Source: Eledone cirrhosa
Lineage: Eukaryota
Direction of reading: 5' to 3'
Assembly: GCA_964016885.1 (NCBI GenBank)
Contig: OZ024741.1
Coordinates: forward strand, 385,454,001-385,518,000
DNA length: 64,000 bases
Shown in pieces: positions 63,371 through 64,000 of this stretch. A program made the translations under genes and the position numbers. How positions within the stretch are numbered: position 1 is the first letter of the stretch; every line of letters begins with the position of its first letter. The notes under the pieces are model-generated. The model worked only from the letters and a program-made list of their open reading frames with translations. It searched no databases and was not told where the DNA came from.

Positions 63371-64000
63371 TTAGTGTTGAATCTTTTTTTTTCACTTTGT
63401 ATATTTTTGTGTATTATATTTATCTAAAGTCTGTCTTGAGCCTGGAGACTCATCAGGCTGGTGCTAACCCAAGTTTCCGTGGTGTGAAACGACAGAGTAC
63501 AAGGCTTCCCCTTGGACAGGATGTCAGTCCATTGCAAGGTTAGACCTTCAGCTATTGCTGGTATTCATTTTCAGCTGAGCATACTGGAGTAGAGTAAAAT
63601 GAAGTGTTTTGCTCAAGAACCAAACACACAACCCAGTCCAGGAATTGAACCCACGACATTATGATTGTTTTATAGCTAACAAGTTTTTCTCTTTCCTACT
63701 AACTTCTCCAGCTTTCCTTAAAAAAAAAGATTCTACACACGCTGAAGGCGCCAGTCCAAGTGGAGCTTGGACAGTATTTAATTAGATAGGACTTTTAAAA
63801 CATTGGACAGACAGTGAGTACGTCGTTATGCACGTATGCTATCGACATAACCCGTCGGATCGCCCACATTAAATTAAGGGAAAGGCAACTCGATTGAAGT
63901 GCTAGTAAAGTAGCCAAATGTCTCGTCATCTAATTAGTGACGTGCATGAACGGATCAACGAGATTACCACTAGGCCACATGTTCCATAAATTCTATTTTT

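Overview
AT-rich, repeat-dense eukaryotic genomic DNA, most likely a coleoid cephalopod (Octopus-like; inferred from the SINE/RTE repertoire, not verified). The only protein-coding gene I can support is the 3' end of a VPS37A-like ESCRT-I subunit, with three spliced exons at 1-80, 2786-2835 and 9421-9498. A CpG-richer block at about 13.6-19.2 kb holds candidate first exons of a second transcription unit, whose downstream coding exons I could not identify. The rest is transposon debris (RTE, CR1, L1/Tx1 and CRE-clade LINE fragments, two SINE families, piggyBac/Tc1-mariner/hAT MITEs, a nested Helitron) and tandem repeats. The largest repeat is a 6.8 kb array of a 47-bp unit with a ~2.7 kb higher-order duplication. 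Almost all long ORFs in the supplied track are repeat artefacts. The most notable leads are a type I hammerhead-like motif between (TA)n tracts, a diverged 80-bp array resembling an RTE 5'-UTR structure, and SINEs that appear to move as tandem multimers. No complete novel system can be claimed from the sequence alone.
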